Origin: Nitrososphaeraceae archaeon
Lineage (GTDB): Archaea; Thermoproteota; Nitrososphaeria; Nitrososphaerales; Nitrososphaeraceae
Length of the DNA stretch: 64,000 nt
Assembly: GCA_035250975.1 (NCBI GenBank)
Contig: DATFEP010000066.1
Location: 1 to 64,000, forward strand
Reading direction: 5' to 3'
The notes below the pieces were generated by a model, which worked only from the letters and a program-made list of their open reading frames with translations, searched no databases and had not been told where the DNA came from. Shown here in pieces: positions 42,994 through 53,871 of the stretch (its first letter is position 1; every line of letters begins with the position of its first letter). The translations under genes and the position numbers were made by a program.

Positions 42994-43869
42994 CTATCTC
43001 TTGGTACTTTTTGCTACGTACCATTTGGCAGAGGAAATTTTTTTTGAATATCTCATTTCATAATAAGGGATGAACATGTAACAATATATGGTAGATAATC
43101 CACCAACCGGATCCTTTAAAAAACAACCTATGGTTGCTTTTAAATTCACGCTTGTTGACAGTTCTTCTCCCTTGTAAAAAGAGATCTGTCTGTGACCAGA
43201 TCTAGCTCTTAAGACTTGGGACGAAAAATCGTAAAGCGTAGATGGGGACTTGAAAAATACCTTTGCATCATCATTATACCATATCTTCTCATCTAATTCA
43301 ATAAGCTTATTTTGTAAAAAAAGATCAATTGCAATAATATTTTCGGGGATGAATATCTTTTTTGCCAAGTCATTACGTATTGCAAGTCCTCTTCCCATTA
43401 CAGTATACCTGGTCAGATTCGATCTCCGAATTTTTCGCAGCCAATTAGAAATGAATGTGGTTGCTCTGCCGTATATGTTAGAATATTTGATTGGTTGTGG
43501 ATTTGAAGCACAAAGTCCGATATCTTTTCCAGAAATGGATTTGACTAAGTTAAAAGTACAGTTCTTTTCCAATCTTATATCAGCATCATAAAGAACTAGG
43601 ATATCTCCACTTGATTCCCGAAATATTTCGTTCCATCCTGACGCAGCACCCCTTCTTGTCTCTGAATGAAATAGTCGAATAGACATATTGGGATTTGCCT
43701 TTATAAAATCCCTTATCAAATCAGGAGTAACATCAGAAGAGTCATCAGATATGACTATTTCCTTTAAGAGAAATGGAGCAGGAATATTTTGCGATTTTAT
43801 AGAATTTAGTAAGGTAATAATATTTTTTTCCTCATTATAAGAAATAATACCAATAGAAATTTCCTTCAT
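42994..43869 (-). CDS. GT2 glycosyltransferase
   Basis: SYNEE, SDDSSD, YDAD. Confidence 0.88.
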   Translation of the reverse strand: MKEISIGIISYNEEKNIITLLNSIKSQNIPAPFLLKEIVISDDSSDVTPDLIRDFIKANPNMSIRLFHSETRRGAASGWNEIFRESSGDILVLYDADIRLEKNCTFNLVKSISGKDIGLCASNPQPIKYSNIYGRATTFISNWLRKIRRSNLTRYTVMGRGLAIRNDLAKKIFIPENIIAIDLFLQNKLIELDEKIWYNDDAKVFFKSPSTLYDFSSQVLRARSGHRQISFYKGEELSTSVNLKATIGCFLKDPVGGLSTIYCYMFIPYYEMRYSKKISSAKWYVAKSTKR

Positions 43870-44162
43870 GATTAATCAATCTGAAATATTATCGTAAATT
43901 TCGATAATATTAACTTTTTATATTAAGAAATATACAAAACTTTTTTTATCAGTTAAAATTTTTATGCCTGATATTCTACTATCAAAAATAGTATTGATAT
44001 ATGTATGCATAAGCTCCTATAGAATTTTGATGTAATAAAATTCAAAATTATTAAGCAATAATACTTTTACCTTTCTTACTTTTGATATTTTCATGATTAT
44101 AATTTTATATTGCTTTTAATCATTCATGTTAAAAAATAAAAGTACTCTTATATATTGAAAAT

Positions 44163-45317
44163 ATGGAAAAAGGTAATATTTTTAATTTCGGAAATAACTT
44201 TTTTATTTCAATTATTTTTCTCTCGTTATTAATAGGTGTCATTGGAAATGGATTGGTCTTGGGTCAAGTATTTGCAAAAGAACATACTTCGCAGATTGAT
44301 GGAGACACAGAGGGGATTGAAGTATATCCTCATTCATACGAAAAATCAGCAAGTGATAATCCCTCATATAATGACAAGACATTTCCATTAAAATTTCAAG
44401 AACAAAAAGACGAGAAGACGGATCTAAATATAATATCAAAATCAAAGGAGCAAATGAATGCTGAAAAAAAATTTGAAGAACGGCAAGATGATACCCTAAT
44501 CATGAAAGGACCAGTATATGATGAAGAAAAAGGAGATTATGAAAAGGACATCAAGAAAGAAGATTATACGTACCAAGATAAATCCAAATATATAAGTGAT
44601 CAAGAGGAAATCCAAAGTAAGAGAGATTTGCTGCGTCTGCTGCTCTTCCTTTCAAGCATTGATAGAAGCCATGAAGAGGAAAGGGATAGTAGCAGAGATT
44701 CAGGCATGGATAGAAGCAATGAAGAGGATGAAGAGGAAAGGGAAAGTAAAAAAGATTTTGCTGATGATTTCAAAGAAAGTCATTCCAATAAAAATGACAA
44801 AAATCAATTAGTTGAAAATGAAAAATCTAACCAAGAGTTTAAAAAGATTAAAGAAGATGTAATTGAAAACGAAAACAGTAGACTCCTCTCAGAAGCGAGT
44901 CAAATGGAACAAAATTCCTCAGATGTACAACCTGTATATATCAATTCAAAAAATAAATTCCATGAATATGAAATTCTCATCGCAAATGCAGGATTAGACC
45001 AATCTCTATCAGAAGATGAAAAAATAGTTCTTGATGCATCCAATAGTTTTTCTAAAGACAACTCGATAACGGGATTCAAGTGGGAACTAATTGGTGACTC
45101 AGATATCGAAATAGATCCTAGCAATATGCAGGTATATACACTCGATGTCCCAAATGACGTGAAGGATAAACCTTTGGAATTCCAACTAACTGTGACAAAT
45201 GATGATGGACTAACAGATACCGATACAGTAAAAGTATTGATAAATGACGAACAAAATGACGAAGATGACGAAGAAGATGACGAAGAAGATGACGAAGAAG
45301 ATGACGAAGATAACTAG
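44163..45317 (+). CDS. Secreted or surface acidic protein with C-terminal PKD-like Ig domain and Asp/Glu tail
   Basis: Signal peptide; ANAGLDQ...LDASNS...FKW...FQLTVT.DDG.TDTD.V. Confidence 0.8.
   Translation: MEKGNIFNFGNNFFISIIFLSLLIGVIGNGLVLGQVFAKEHTSQIDGDTEGIEVYPHSYEKSASDNPSYNDKTFPLKFQEQKDEKTDLNIISKSKEQMNAEKKFEERQDDTLIMKGPVYDEEKGDYEKDIKKEDYTYQDKSKYISDQEEIQSKRDLLRLLLFLSSIDRSHEEERDSSRDSGMDRSNEEDEEERESKKDFADDFKESHSNKNDKNQLVENEKSNQEFKKIKEDVIENENSRLLSEASQMEQNSSDVQPVYINSKNKFHEYEILIANAGLDQSLSEDEKIVLDASNSFSKDNSITGFKWELIGDSDIEIDPSNMQVYTLDVPNDVKDKPLEFQLTVTNDDGLTDTDTVKVLINDEQNDEDDEEDDEEDDEEDDEDN
45264..45310 (+). repeat. 12-bp coding tandem repeat GATGACGAAGAA, about 4 copies (DDEE)
   Basis: Directly visible in sequence. 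Confidence 0.9.
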
Positions 45318-45389
45318 TCCCAGAACCCTCGTTTGGAGGCTAATAGGAAAATTTAAATTTTCTATATTTTTTAATTATATCGATAAGAA

Positions 45390-46538
45390 ATTCCCATACT
45401 TTATGAAAAATACACTGGATATTATGCGAAACTAGTATTGGAAAATGGTAAATCGTTTTCTGGAACAGGATTTGGTTATCCAGTGCAGAGCTCTGGTGAA
45501 GTCGTTTTTAATACAGGAATGGTTGGTTATACTGAGAGCCTAACGGATCCATCTTATAATGGTCAAATATTATGCATGACCTATCCTCTTGTTGGCAATT
45601 ATGGAGTGCCACAGAAGGACATTTTAGACGAATTCGGTTTACCCAAATTTTTCGAGTCCGAAAGAATACAAGTCAAAGGATTGATAATTCATTCATTATC
45701 AAATATCGCAAGTCATTGGAGTTGTGTAAAAACACTAGATGAATGGTTATATGAAGAAAAAATTCCTGGGATATACGGAGTTGATACTAGAGAACTGACA
45801 AAGATAATACGCCAAAAGGGAGTCATGATGGGAGTTTTATCTGTCTCTGAAAAACCACTTGAAAAAATAGACATATCTCAAATTGTTAAAAACGAAGATT
45901 ACGACAATAAAAATTTCATGTCTGCAGTAAGTTCCAATCAAATTAGAACATATGGTCATTCCAACGAAAAGATTATTGTATTGTTAGATACAGGAACCAA
46001 GTATAGTATTATCAGGGATTTACTGAAGAGGGGTTATAGGGTAGTACAACTTCCTTGGAATTCATCGTTTGATAGAGTAATATCTTACAATCCAGATGGT
46101 GTTGTAATTAGTAACGGTCCGGGAGATCCAAAGATGTGCAATGCAACGATTGAAACAGCAAAAAAATTGCTAGATAATTCGATTCCAACACTTGGCATAT
46201 GTCTTGGCAATCAGATTTTGGCTCTATCTGCAGGAGCAGACACGTATAAATTAAAATATGGCCACAGGGGACAAAACAAATCATGTATAAATATTAGGAA
46301 TGAAAATTCCTATATCACCAGTCAAAACCATGGATATGGAATAGAAGCCAAAAGTCTAGAAAAGACAGGATTCGAGCCATGGTTTTATAATCCAGATGAC
46401 AAAACTATAGAGGGTATAATACATAAAGATAAACCTGCGATAGCGGTACAATTTCACCCAGAGGCATCACCAGGACCTTTTGATTGTACATTTGTTTTTG
46501 ATAAATTTAAAGAAATTATTAATTTAAATAAGAGATAA
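45390..46538 (+). CDS. carA: Carbamoyl-phosphate synthase small subunit (start probably non-canonical ATT 45390 or ATA 45396; track start TTG 45438)
   Basis: GEVVFNTGMVGY, LTDPSY, SNGPGDP, GICLG, QFHPEASPGP. Confidence 0.95.
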   Translation: MPILYEKYTGYYAKLVLENGKSFSGTGFGYPVQSSGEVVFNTGMVGYTESLTDPSYNGQILCMTYPLVGNYGVPQKDILDEFGLPKFFESERIQVKGLIIHSLSNIASHWSCVKTLDEWLYEEKIPGIYGVDTRELTKIIRQKGVMMGVLSVSEKPLEKIDISQIVKNEDYDNKNFMSAVSSNQIRTYGHSNEKIIVLLDTGTKYSIIRDLLKRGYRVVQLPWNSSFDRVISYNPDGVVISNGPGDPKMCNATIETAKKLLDNSIPTLGICLGNQILALSAGADTYKLKYGHRGQNKSCINIRNENSYITSQNHGYGIEAKSLEKTGFEPWFYNPDDKTIEGIIHKDKPAIAVQFHPEASPGPFDCTFVFDKFKEIINLNKR

Positions 46539-46585
46539 AAATTACCATATTAAACCTATATAAAATACATGTAAAAATAGAGTGA

Positions 46586-46592
46586 GAGGTGA
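46586..46592 (+). promoter_or_regulatory. Shine-Dalgarno-like GAGGTGA upstream of carB
   Basis: Archaeal SD consensus 5 nt before ATT CCA AAA. Confidence 0.6.
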
Positions 46593-46597
46593 AAATA

Positions 46598-49500
46598 ATT
46601 CCAAAAAATAATGATATAAAAAAAGTTGTTCTGTTGGGTAGTGGGGCAATAAAAATCGGAGAAGCAGGCGAAAGTCATTAGAAGATGACCGCAAATTTGA
46701 TTACTCTGGTTCACAATGCCTCAAAGCTCTAAGGGAGGAGGAAATTGAAACAGTTTTAATTAATCCCAATATTGCTACTATTCAGACGGATACAAGGTTT
46801 TCTGATAAAGTCTACCTTTTGCCTATCACTCCTGATTATGTTTCCAATATTTTAGAAATTGAAAGACCAGATTCTATAATGTTATCATTTGGGGGACAAA
46901 CTGCCCTAAACTGTGGTACATCATTATTCAAAAACGGAATTATTGACAAATACGGAATAAAAGTGCTTGGAACACCAATTAACGGAATAGAAAGAACTGA
47001 AGATAGACAACTTTTCAAAGAGGCCATGCAGACAAGTAATGTTCCTGTATTACCTAGTTCCCCAGCATATTCTGTTGAAGAATCAATTCACATTGCAAAA
47101 AAAATTGGTTATCCTGTGATAATCAGGGTTGCATACACTCTTGGAGGAAAGGGAGGAGGAGTTGCCTATAATGAATATGAATTACAAGAGATAGTACATC
47201 GAGGTCTCTCAGTTAGTATGACCAGTCAAGTTTTAATAGAGAAATATGTTGGTAACTGGAAACAAATAGAATATGAAGTAATGCGAGATTATAAAGGAAA
47301 TTCTATAATTGTTTGCAACATGGAAAATATTTTGGCTATGCGAGTTCATACAGGCGATAACATTGTAGTGGCTCCATCTCAGACTCTTAATAACTACGAA
47401 TATCACATGTTGCGTTCTGCAGCGATCAGAGCGACGAAAGAAGTAGGTATTATTGGTGAGTGTAACATTCAGTTTGGACTCGATCCTAAAAGCGAAGAAT
47501 ATTGTGCAATAGAGATAAATGCAAGACTTTCTAGATCATCAGCACTTGCTAGCAAAGCAACTGGATATCCGCTAGCATATATGGCTGCAAAATTGGGTTT
47601 GGGATATTCACTAGACGAGTTAGTGAATAAAGTTACCAAGAAAACTACTGCATTTTTTGAACCATCTTTAGATTATGTAGTAGTAAAGATGCCTAGATGG
47701 GATTTTAATAAATTTGAGAATGTTAACCGAAGACTCGGAACTGCTATGAAATCAGTTGGAGAAGTAATGGCTATTGGGCGAACTTTTGAAGAATCCATTC
47801 AAAAAGCAATAAGAATGTGTGACATCGGAAAGAAAGGTCTGGTTGAAAACTATGAATTCACAGAGCCCAACGAAGAAGAGTTAGAAAATATTGAACACGC
47901 ACTTTTGTATCCTGATGACAGCATCCTGTTTCAGGTTGTGAGAGCAATATACAGCGGCATGACCATAGAAAAGATAAATGAATTATCAAGCATAGATCCA
48001 TGGTTTCTTGCCAAAATAAAGAACATAATAGACATGGAAAGAAGGTTGAAAAATTCGGGAAATGATTTTGATGAAAGCCTTATAAAAGAAGCTAAAGAAT
48101 CAGGGTTCTCGGATATACAATTATCTTCTTATTTAAAATTGGATGAAATAACTGTTAGAAAACTTAGGAAAAAATTTGGAATACAGCCAGTCATCAAACA
48201 GATTGATACCTTAGCTGCTGAATGGCCTGCTCAAACTAACTACCTTTATCTTACCTACGGCGGTGATACCGATGATATCAAGATTAGAAAGAAAGATAAG
48301 AATGCAATAGTCCTGGGAGCAGGTCCGTATAGAATTGGAAGTAGCGTAGAGTTTGATTGGGGTACTGTTAACATGGTTAGGGGTTTGAAGGAAAATGGAA
48401 TAAATGAAGTATCAATAATAAACTGTAATCCCGAAACAGTTTCTACAGACTTTGATATATCTGACCGGTTATACTTTGAGGAGATTACCTTTGAAAGAGT
48501 TATGGATATTTATGAAAAAGAAAATGATGCTGAAATAGTAACATGTGTTGGCGGTCAAACTGCTAATAATCTGACGTTAAAACTGGCAAAAAATGGAGCA
48601 AAAATAATAGGAACAGAAGCCAAAGATGTTGACAGAGCTGAAGACAGAGAAAAGTTTGGAAAATTACTTGATTCATTAAAGATTAAACAGCCTCCTTGGA
48701 AAAAATTTACAAGTCTAGATGAGGCAACTATTTTTTCCCAAGAGGTAGGATATCCCGTGCTTGTGCGACCGTCATATGTATTAAGTGGTGCAGCAATGAA
48801 GGTAGTATGGGATGACAAACAGTTGGAAATATTTATAGAAAATGCCACAGAGGTCAGCCCGGATCATCCTATAGTTATTAGTAAGTTTTTCCAAGATGCT
48901 GCAGAAGTAGAAGTGGATGGAATCAGCGGGAAAGACAGAATAATTATTGGATCCATTATAGAACACATAGACAACGCCGGAATACATTCAGGTGATGCGA
49001 TGATGTGCATACCTCCGTGGAGATTAAATAGGGATATAATGGATACAATAACAGGCTATTCAAATAAAATAATCAAAGCTCTCAATGTCATTGGACCATT
49101 TAACATTCAGTTTCTTGTAAAGAATGACGAAGTACTTGTAATCGAGGCAAATATCAGGGCATCAAGGTCAATGCCTTTTGTTTCTAAATACGTAGGTATA
49201 AATCTGATGAATCTTGCCGCAAAAGCGATGTTAGGTAAACCTCTCCCAGAGATAAAGGATTTATGGTTGAAAACGAGCGGTTTTGGTATTAAAGTTCCTC
49301 AATTCTCCTTTATGCAACTAGAAGGTGCCGATATAGTTTTAGGTGTAGAGATGCATTCTACTGGAGAAGTTGCGTGTTTTGGAACAAGCTTTTATGATGC
49401 TCTAAGTAAAGCCTTCCTAGCCGCAGGATATTCGCTGCCGTTACGTGGAACTTCTTTAATCACAATAGGAGGCCAAAAAAATAAGGAAAAATCGCTTCCT

Positions 49501-49893
49501 CTTATGTCTTTGATTTCATCAATGGAATTTAATATTTTAGCGACAGAACATACAGCTGACTTTTTGGAAAATAATGGTTTTAACGAAGTCCAGAGGGTTT
49601 ATAAAATAAGTGAACCTGACAGGAAACCAAACATCACAGAATTACTATATGATCATAAAATTGATTTTATCATAAATATTCCTGCAACTGTAACTGTGGA
49701 AAAATATTTGGATATGTTAAATGATGAATACCAAATAAGGAGGAAAGCGGTCGAGATGGGTATTCCGGTAATGACAACCATAGAGGCAGCAATATCGTTT
49801 GTAAAAACGTTACAATGGCTGAAAAGCAATGCTCCAACAATAGTTCCATTGAAGAATTACTTAGAAGAAGACACGATCAGTGAAAAAAATTAG
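46598..49893 (+). CDS. carB: Carbamoyl-phosphate synthase large subunit, split: exon 1 about 46598 (or GTG 46589)-46672, exon 2 46696-49893; about 1090 aa when joined
   Basis: Exon 1 PKNNDIKKVVLLGSGAIKIGEAGE joins exon 2 FDYSGSQCLKALREE...NPNIATIQTD, in frame with track ORF 46819-49893 (two ATP-grasp domains plus MGS-like domain). Confidence 0.95.
46673..46695 (+). other. Candidate 23-nt bulge-helix-bulge mRNA intron in carB
   Basis: AGTCATTAGAAGATGACCGCAAA interrupts GAA|TTT (E|F); contains in-frame TAG; GTCAT/ATGAC hairpin and GCG/CGC central helix flanked by 3-nt bulges. Confidence 0.75.
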
Positions 49894-50684
49894 TGAAACT
49901 TTTCAGTTTTTACATCCCCTATAACAGAACCTTCCAAAGTAAATAGCATTCCAGATAAAATTGCATTCTGTTCTAAAAATAAATTAATAATTGGAGAAGG
50001 AGAAGATGTCGAATTCTTAAACTTGTGAGTTGATACCAGAGTAGAGTAAAAGTATTTGTTAAATGTTGGAATAATTATAATCTCCAAAATTCCGTTCTTT
50101 TGCAATCCATAAAGAATTTCTTTTTTTACCTTAAGATATATCCATACTCTCTTTCCATGAACGGTGCTCTTAGGATCTATAAATATTGGATGAAGATGAC
50201 CCATTATTATCTTGTTAATATTTGATTTTATTTTATTTGGAAGAGTATGACCGTGTATTAACAAAGTATCGTCAATAATAAGTCCACTAGTGTTGCATGT
50301 AACCACTGATTCTGGAACGAGTAGATCGATATTTCCATCGTGGTTTCCAGGTATTAAGAAGACATCTAGATCTTTGGATAATTTATCCAAAAAATAAGGA
50401 ACGATATTCCATTCAATTTTGGTAATATGAGTGATGGAGCTCTTGAGGTCTCCTAAAATTATGATTCCATCTATTCTTTGTGATTTTCTTATTTCGTTAA
50501 TCTCTTCTAAAATATCATTTACTATTTGATTTGAATCAATGTTAATTCCCTTCTGAATTAGAGAGGATTCAAATCCCAAATGAAGATCTGATACTACAAT
50601 GAATATTTTTTTTTTATTTTCTCTTTTATCGATGTATTCCAAAATAAGAGCTGCATGAGGATTTATAGGATATGCCTTAGTCAC
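49890..50684 (-). CDS. Metallophosphoesterase (COG1407/PdeM-like)
   Basis: SDLHLGFE, LGD, PGNHD, HGH, GHLHP. Confidence 0.9.
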   Translation of the reverse strand: MTKAYPINPHAALILEYIDKRENKKKIFIVVSDLHLGFESSLIQKGINIDSNQIVNDILEEINEIRKSQRIDGIIILGDLKSSITHITKIEWNIVPYFLDKLSKDLDVFLIPGNHDGNIDLLVPESVVTCNTSGLIIDDTLLIHGHTLPNKIKSNINKIIMGHLHPIFIDPKSTVHGKRVWIYLKVKKEILYGLQKNGILEIIIIPTFNKYFYSTLVSTHKFKNSTSSPSPIINLFLEQNAILSGMLFTLEGSVIGDVKTEKFH

Positions 50685-50985
50685 AACATAAATATAATAC
50701 TACTTGATCTATTAATTATTTTACTTGATATTCTATAAAAGTAAAAAATATCTTCATTTGATATCTTTCAATAGCTATTAGTTGATTAAATGTAAATAAA
50801 GGGTTTTTGATTGATTATTATATATACTAAGATACTAGAAAATGCCACAGTTACAAAACAGATTATAATAAAGTATGTAATTATCTTGTAAATATTAAAG
50901 ATTAATCTGTAAAAGTGAAATATTTAATGATTCTATCAAGATATCTATTTATAAATTAAATTAGTGATTTTATTATGGAATTTAT

Positions 50986-51825
50986 ATGATTATTAGCGGA
51001 GTCGAAGTCTCGACCAAATTAAAAACTGAATTAATACAAAAAGTTGAACTTCTGAAGAAAAAAGGAATTGATCCATGTTTAGCTACCATTTTGGTGGGCG
51101 ATGATCAGGCTTCTGCAATTTATATTAGAAATAAACATAAAGCATGTTCTGAATTAGGAATTAAGACTAAAGACAACACGATGCCATCGTCAATTGAAGA
51201 AGAAAAACTGATCGAATTGATAAATTCATTAAACAATGATCCATCTGTTCATGGAATATTATTACAGTTACCTCTTCCCAGTCATATAGATCAGTTCAAG
51301 GTCATAAACAAAATTAAACCTACAAAAGATGTTGATGGATTAACATACCAAAATGCAGGATTACTATTAAACAAAAAATCATCTTTGATACCCTGCACAC
51401 CTTTAGGAGTTATGGAATTATTTAATTACTACAAAATAGAACTAAAAGGAAAAGATATCGTAATTATAAATAGAAGTATTCTAGTTGGAATACCACTTTT
51501 TTTGCTGTTATTGGAGAAGGATGCAACCGTAACAATATGTCATTCAAAAACTAGAGATTTGGAAGAAAAATTGAGAAGGACAGATATAATAATCACCGCA
51601 GTTGGAAATAGGAAACTTTTTACTCTAAAACCAGAACATGTTAAAGAGCATGTAGTGATAATTGATATCGGAATATCAAGAGAAAATGGAAAGATAATAG
51701 GTGACACAGATTTTGAAAGAGTTGCACCAAAAGCTTCTTGGATAACACCAGTTCCAGGAGGAGTTGGTCCCATGACTATTACAATGTTATTAAACAACAC
51801 TATAAAAGCTGCATCAAATTTTTAG
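50986..51825 (+). CDS. folD: Methylenetetrahydrofolate dehydrogenase/cyclohydrolase
   Basis: GILLQLPLP, KDVDG, PCTP, TPVPGGVGPMT. Confidence 0.97.
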   Translation: MIISGVEVSTKLKTELIQKVELLKKKGIDPCLATILVGDDQASAIYIRNKHKACSELGIKTKDNTMPSSIEEEKLIELINSLNNDPSVHGILLQLPLPSHIDQFKVINKIKPTKDVDGLTYQNAGLLLNKKSSLIPCTPLGVMELFNYYKIELKGKDIVIINRSILVGIPLFLLLLEKDATVTICHSKTRDLEEKLRRTDIIITAVGNRKLFTLKPEHVKEHVVIIDIGISRENGKIIGDTDFERVAPKASWITPVPGGVGPMTITMLLNNTIKAASNF

Positions 51826-51849
51826 AACCTTATCAGTGTACACTAAAAA

Positions 51850-52455
51850 ATGTTAGACCAATCTTCTAAGGAGGAAATTCGAAAAAAAACATTAAGCAAG
51901 AGAAATCAATTATCGGAGAAAGACCGAACCATGTTCAGCGAGATAATATTTAACAAGTTAATACAATCCCAAGAATACAAAAAAGCAGATCGAATTGCAG
52001 TTTATTATCCAGTAGGTTCTGAGGTACAAACTTTGGAGATTATAAGAGACGCCTTAATAAACAAAAAAAAAGTTGGTCTTCCAAGAGTAATTAATGATGA
52101 TGAAATAAAATTTTATCAAATCATGGAAAAATCTTTAGAAGAAGTTGAATTTACTAAAGGGAAATACGGTATTATGGAAAATATAGCTTCAACAGTCGAA
52201 TTGGATCAAATCGATCTTTTGATAATACCAGGTGTGGCATTTGATGACGAGTGCAATAGAATTGGATATGGCAAAGGATATTATGATAGATTTCTGGGTC
52301 AGAATGATATTGGATTTATAGTAGGATTAGCTTTTGAAAATCAAATGGTGAAGTACATTCCCATAAATGAATTAGATCAAAAAGTTGATTGCATTATAAC
52401 AAACAAGAATAATTATTATCATAAAAACAATAGAAAAATAAATAAAATTTTATGA
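51850..52455 (+). CDS. 5-formyltetrahydrofolate cyclo-ligase
   Basis: PGVAFD..CNRIGYGKGYYDR. Confidence 0.95.
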   Translation: MLDQSSKEEIRKKTLSKRNQLSEKDRTMFSEIIFNKLIQSQEYKKADRIAVYYPVGSEVQTLEIIRDALINKKKVGLPRVINDDEIKFYQIMEKSLEEVEFTKGKYGIMENIASTVELDQIDLLIIPGVAFDDECNRIGYGKGYYDRFLGQNDIGFIVGLAFENQMVKYIPINELDQKVDCIITNKNNYYHKNNRKINKIL

Positions 52456-53718
52456 GAATCTTTTTCCAATATCATTTCTATAGTAATGATAATTGTGTCC
52501 CCAATGAATCATTTTTACTGCTGAATAGACATTTATTCTGGCTGCATTGAAATTCTCGCCTAATGCGGTAACACCTAAAATCCTGCCACCATTGGTGAGA
52601 ACTTTATTATCCTTTAAAATAGTTCCTGCATGAAATACCATAACATTATCACCAAATTTGCTATCCAAACCATAAATTACATTCCCTTTTTCGTTCTTTA
52701 TCGGATATCCTTTCTCTGCCATAACTACGCATATAGCAGGTTTTTCTGACCACTCAATGTCAGGTAATATATCCAAATTTTCATCTATTGAAGCGTCAAG
52801 ATATTCATATAAATCTGATTTCATACGCATCATTATAGGCTGGCATTCTGGGTCACCCATTCTCGCGTTAAATTCAAGAACATAAGGTTTAGATGTTTTG
52901 CTCTCTATCATCACACCGGCATAAAGAAATCCTTTGAATGGATTGTTATGATTTTGCATTGAATTAATTGTCTTTTCCATAATATTTTTCATGATATCAT
53001 TAAAGAGAACGTCATCAACTAGAGGCGAAGGAGAAAAACTACCCATTCCTCCGGTGTTAGGGCCTTTATCATCATCATATATCCTCTTATGATCTTGACT
53101 GGTAGCAACAGGAATAATTTTTTTTCCATCAGAAATGCCAATGAAAGAAACTTCATTTCCATAAATCCTTTCTTCAATCACTACTTTATCCCCGGAATCT
53201 CCAAATTCTTTCAAGATCATGATTCTATTGATCGCATCTATAGCCTCGCTTTCAGAATCGCAAACGATCACACCTTTTCCAGCAGCTAGCCCATCTGCTT
53301 TGATGACCAATTGTTTTTCGGTGTTACGTATGTATTCTATTGCATTTTCTGGATCTGTAAAGATTGAGAAATCTGTAGTGGGGATATTATTATTTTTCAT
53401 GAAGAGTTTTGCGAACGACTTACTTGATTCTAGCTGTGCTGCCTCTTTTGTGGGACCAAATATCTTAACATTGTTGGACAACTCATTAACTATTCCCTTT
53501 GTTAAAGGTTCTTCTGGACCAACTACAATCATACAATCGTTCTGTAACGCATACAATCTAATTTTTTCAAAATCAGTAATTTTGAATTCTAGGTTTTTTG
53601 ATGTACCTCCATTGCCAGGAGCGAAAAAAACATTTTGTACTAATTTGCTCTTGGAAAGTTTCCATCCCAATGCATGTTCTCTTCCTCCAGAACCAACGAT
53701 CAATACGTTTTTGTTCAA
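52450..53718 (-). CDS. purD: Phosphoribosylamine-glycine ligase
   Basis: GSGGREHAL, KADGLAAGKGV, GPNTGGMG, EFNARMGDPE. Confidence 0.97.
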   Translation of the reverse strand: MNKNVLIVGSGGREHALGWKLSKSKLVQNVFFAPGNGGTSKNLEFKITDFEKIRLYALQNDCMIVVGPEEPLTKGIVNELSNNVKIFGPTKEAAQLESSKSFAKLFMKNNNIPTTDFSIFTDPENAIEYIRNTEKQLVIKADGLAAGKGVIVCDSESEAIDAINRIMILKEFGDSGDKVVIEERIYGNEVSFIGISDGKKIIPVATSQDHKRIYDDDKGPNTGGMGSFSPSPLVDDVLFNDIMKNIMEKTINSMQNHNNPFKGFLYAGVMIESKTSKPYVLEFNARMGDPECQPIMMRMKSDLYEYLDASIDENLDILPDIEWSEKPAICVVMAEKGYPIKNEKGNVIYGLDSKFGDNVMVFHAGTILKDNKVLTNGGRILGVTALGENFNAARINVYSAVKMIHWGHNYHYYRNDIGKRFS

Positions 53719-53871
53719 TTATAGGTGATAAATAGATCGCACATAATATTTGTTACATAATGATTTTTATAATTTTTCCATCAAAATTGAAATGAAAGTT
53801 TTATCTCAGGAATCAGAAAAAAAATGATAATCAACTAAAGATAGGTTAACAATCGAAAAATATTCGTTTGG

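Noticed and set aside
46642-46695. Programmed -1 frameshift or ribosomal hop as the explanation for split carB (the -1 frame is open from 46642; a second GAA sits at 46681)
   Set aside because: No canonical slippery heptamer, and either route would insert or alter residues inside the conserved GEFDYSG motif, whereas BHB-rule excision restores it exactly. Disfavoured rather than excluded.
46819-46821. Track start TTG for carB
   Set aside because: It would delete about 65 conserved N-terminal residues that are clearly encoded upstream.
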